IMG/VR virus record: IMGVR_UViG_3300044700_000691
Location: 152,816-216,815 of that record
DNA: 64,000 bases
Strand: one strand, 5' to 3'
The notes beneath the pieces are model-generated. The model was given only the letters and a program-made list of their open reading frames with translations, did no database searches and was not told the DNA's origin. The stretch's first letter is position 1; every line of letters begins with the position of its first letter. Position numbers and translations under genes: made by a program. This document shows positions 62,681-64,000 of the stretch, piece after piece.

Positions 62681-63622
62681 ATGGGACAAAACATTAGAGA
62701 CTTTAAGTCATGGCAAAGATTAAATGAAGACACTTCATTTTTAGGATGGATTGGCGATCTTGCAACATCGGCATTTACCGGAAAGGCAGTTGAGCCTGCA
62801 CCAAGTTCAGTAACTTCAATTGCAGAACCTGGATCAACCGCAGCTGCAGTTATAGATAAGACTGCTTCTGCCCTAGGTATAAAGACTGATACTAAAGCTG
62901 ATGATAAAGAAAAATCTAAATCAGATTCTGCTAAGTCGTCTACTAAATTTAAAAAGTTTGACAAGAAAATTCCAGCAGAAAACGTCTTAGCGCTTGAGGC
63001 TGCAATGGAAAGACATGGAATTACAAATGACTTTGCAAGAAAAGCAATTCTTGGTGTAATTTCAAAAGAAAGTTCAAACTTAACTCCAGAAGGGGACTAT
63101 AGTAATACTTCAAATTCAAGAATCAGAGAAGTATATGGTGCAAGAGTAGCAGATCTTTCCGATAGTCAACTTACTGCACTAAAAGAAGAGCCTACTAAAT
63201 TTTGGGATAGAGTATATGGAGTAGACGATCCAACTGGTCGTGGTGTAAAATACGGCAATACTCAACCTGGCGATGGGGCTAGATATAGAGGTCGTGGATT
63301 TAACCAAATAACATTTAAGGCTAACTATAAAAAACTGCAAGACCTATTTGATAAAATGGGTAAGCTTAAAGCTGGTACTGAAATTAATATTGTTGAGGAA
63401 CCTGAATTACTAGAAGATCCAAATATTGCAGCTGAATTTGCAATGTTGTACTTTATTAATAGTTTTAAAGGAAAGGGTAAAGACCTAAACTCCTACAATA
63501 ATTTAGAATCTGCTGTTACTGACTATGTTCAAGCCAATGCTGGATGGGGTACAGATATTCGTGCCGGCCATAGTGCAAGAGGTTATGCAAGAGCACTAGA
63601 CTATGCATCAACTATTGCATAA
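62681..63622 (+). CDS. GH19-like lysozyme with capsid-targeting-like N-terminus (probable virion-associated hydrolase)
   Basis: AILGVISKES, GNTQPGDGARYRGRGFNQITFKANY; N-terminal NIRDFKSWQRLNE; no PG-binding domain. Confidence 0.8.
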   Translation: MGQNIRDFKSWQRLNEDTSFLGWIGDLATSAFTGKAVEPAPSSVTSIAEPGSTAAAVIDKTASALGIKTDTKADDKEKSKSDSAKSSTKFKKFDKKIPAENVLALEAAMERHGITNDFARKAILGVISKESSNLTPEGDYSNTSNSRIREVYGARVADLSDSQLTALKEEPTKFWDRVYGVDDPTGRGVKYGNTQPGDGARYRGRGFNQITFKANYKKLQDLFDKMGKLKAGTEINIVEEPELLEDPNIAAEFAMLYFINSFKGKGKDLNSYNNLESAVTDYVQANAGWGTDIRAGHSARGYARALDYASTIA

Positions 63623-63647
63623 CTTATAATAAACTAGATAAACACAG

Positions 63648-63676
63648 AAAGCCGCTAATTGCGGCTTTTTCTTTTT
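63648..63676. terminator. bidirectional intrinsic terminator
   Basis: AAAGCCGC-TAATT-GCGGCTTT plus T-tract between GH19 and tRNA-fMet. Confidence 0.85.
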
Positions 63677-63678
63677 AG

Positions 63679-63751
<73 letters not shown>

Positions 63752-63789
63752 ATATAATATTTTCAAGATGTGATTGTTGGAAAGTAAAA

Positions 63790-64000
63790 AAACGCTGAGA
63801 TTATACGTTTTAACGTTAGATCTTTACATAGGATTATTGTTTCCCTACTTATCCAGAGACTTTTGATCTCTATTCTAACAGTGCCGGTTTTTTAGGTGTA
63901 CCACTCCTTGAGCTGCGGGTTTGAACTACTCTCCTCATATTATATCTACCAGAATCTGCCGATCCCGTTAACCCTTGCGAGGCTATAGATTTTTCTGAGA
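63790..64000 (-). ncRNA. 3' part of a candidate large structured ncRNA (GOLLD/ROOL-like), truncated by window edge
   Basis: No convincing ORF; several stems (three-way junction ATCTA...TAGAT, AGAGAT/GTCTCT, TAGGG/TCCTA); ends AATCTCAGC plus U-tract just upstream of a tRNA; family resemblance is from memory only. Confidence 0.5.

Noticed and set aside
783-62964. Many short antisense or nested ORFs in the track (for example 1284, 4613, 5766, 7392, 11636, 33955, 44677, 62671)
   Set aside because: Fully nested opposite well-supported genes, low-complexity translations, no motifs

Overview
64 kb of a large, AT-rich T4-like (contractile-tailed) dsDNA bacteriophage genome using genetic code 11. The host is probably Bacteroidota: starts lack Shine-Dalgarno sites and have A/T-rich leaders. 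Most genes are on the minus strand, with three plus-strand islands: uvsY-uvsW (22.4-25.0 kb), polymerase/primase/gp4/gp2/portal (26.9-32.3 kb) and a GH19 lysozyme (62.7-63.6 kb). Virion genes: major capsid gp23, a fused prohead protease-scaffold (gp21/gp22), gp5-, gp27-, gp53-, gp48- and gp25-like baseplate proteins, neck gp13, portal gp20, gp4 and gp2. Replication genes: an isolated C-terminal half of a split family-B DNA polymerase, primase, UvsW and UvsY. Also present are chaperones (DnaJ, N-domain-less ClpC), nucleotide/RNA enzymes (ThyA, IMPDH/GMPR, dNMP kinase, HADs, RNA ligase, PNK-like kinase), four peptidoglycan-active candidates, six tRNAs, many intrinsic terminators and T4-type late promoters. 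Most notable observations: (1) about 19 otherwise unrelated proteins carry a T4 capsid-targeting-like motif [IV]xx[FY]xx[FYW], often followed by a hydrophobic-x-E site; (2) one of them ends in an ungapped 35-aa copy of the major capsid N-arm; (3) a 964-aa ligase-like + cytidylyltransferase-like + PD-(D/E)xK fusion; (4) a zinc-ribbon gene whose 5' leader and 3' trailer are complementary; (5) the 3' end of a probable large structured ncRNA next to tRNA-fMet at the right edge. All calls come from reading motifs by eye; no database searches were run.
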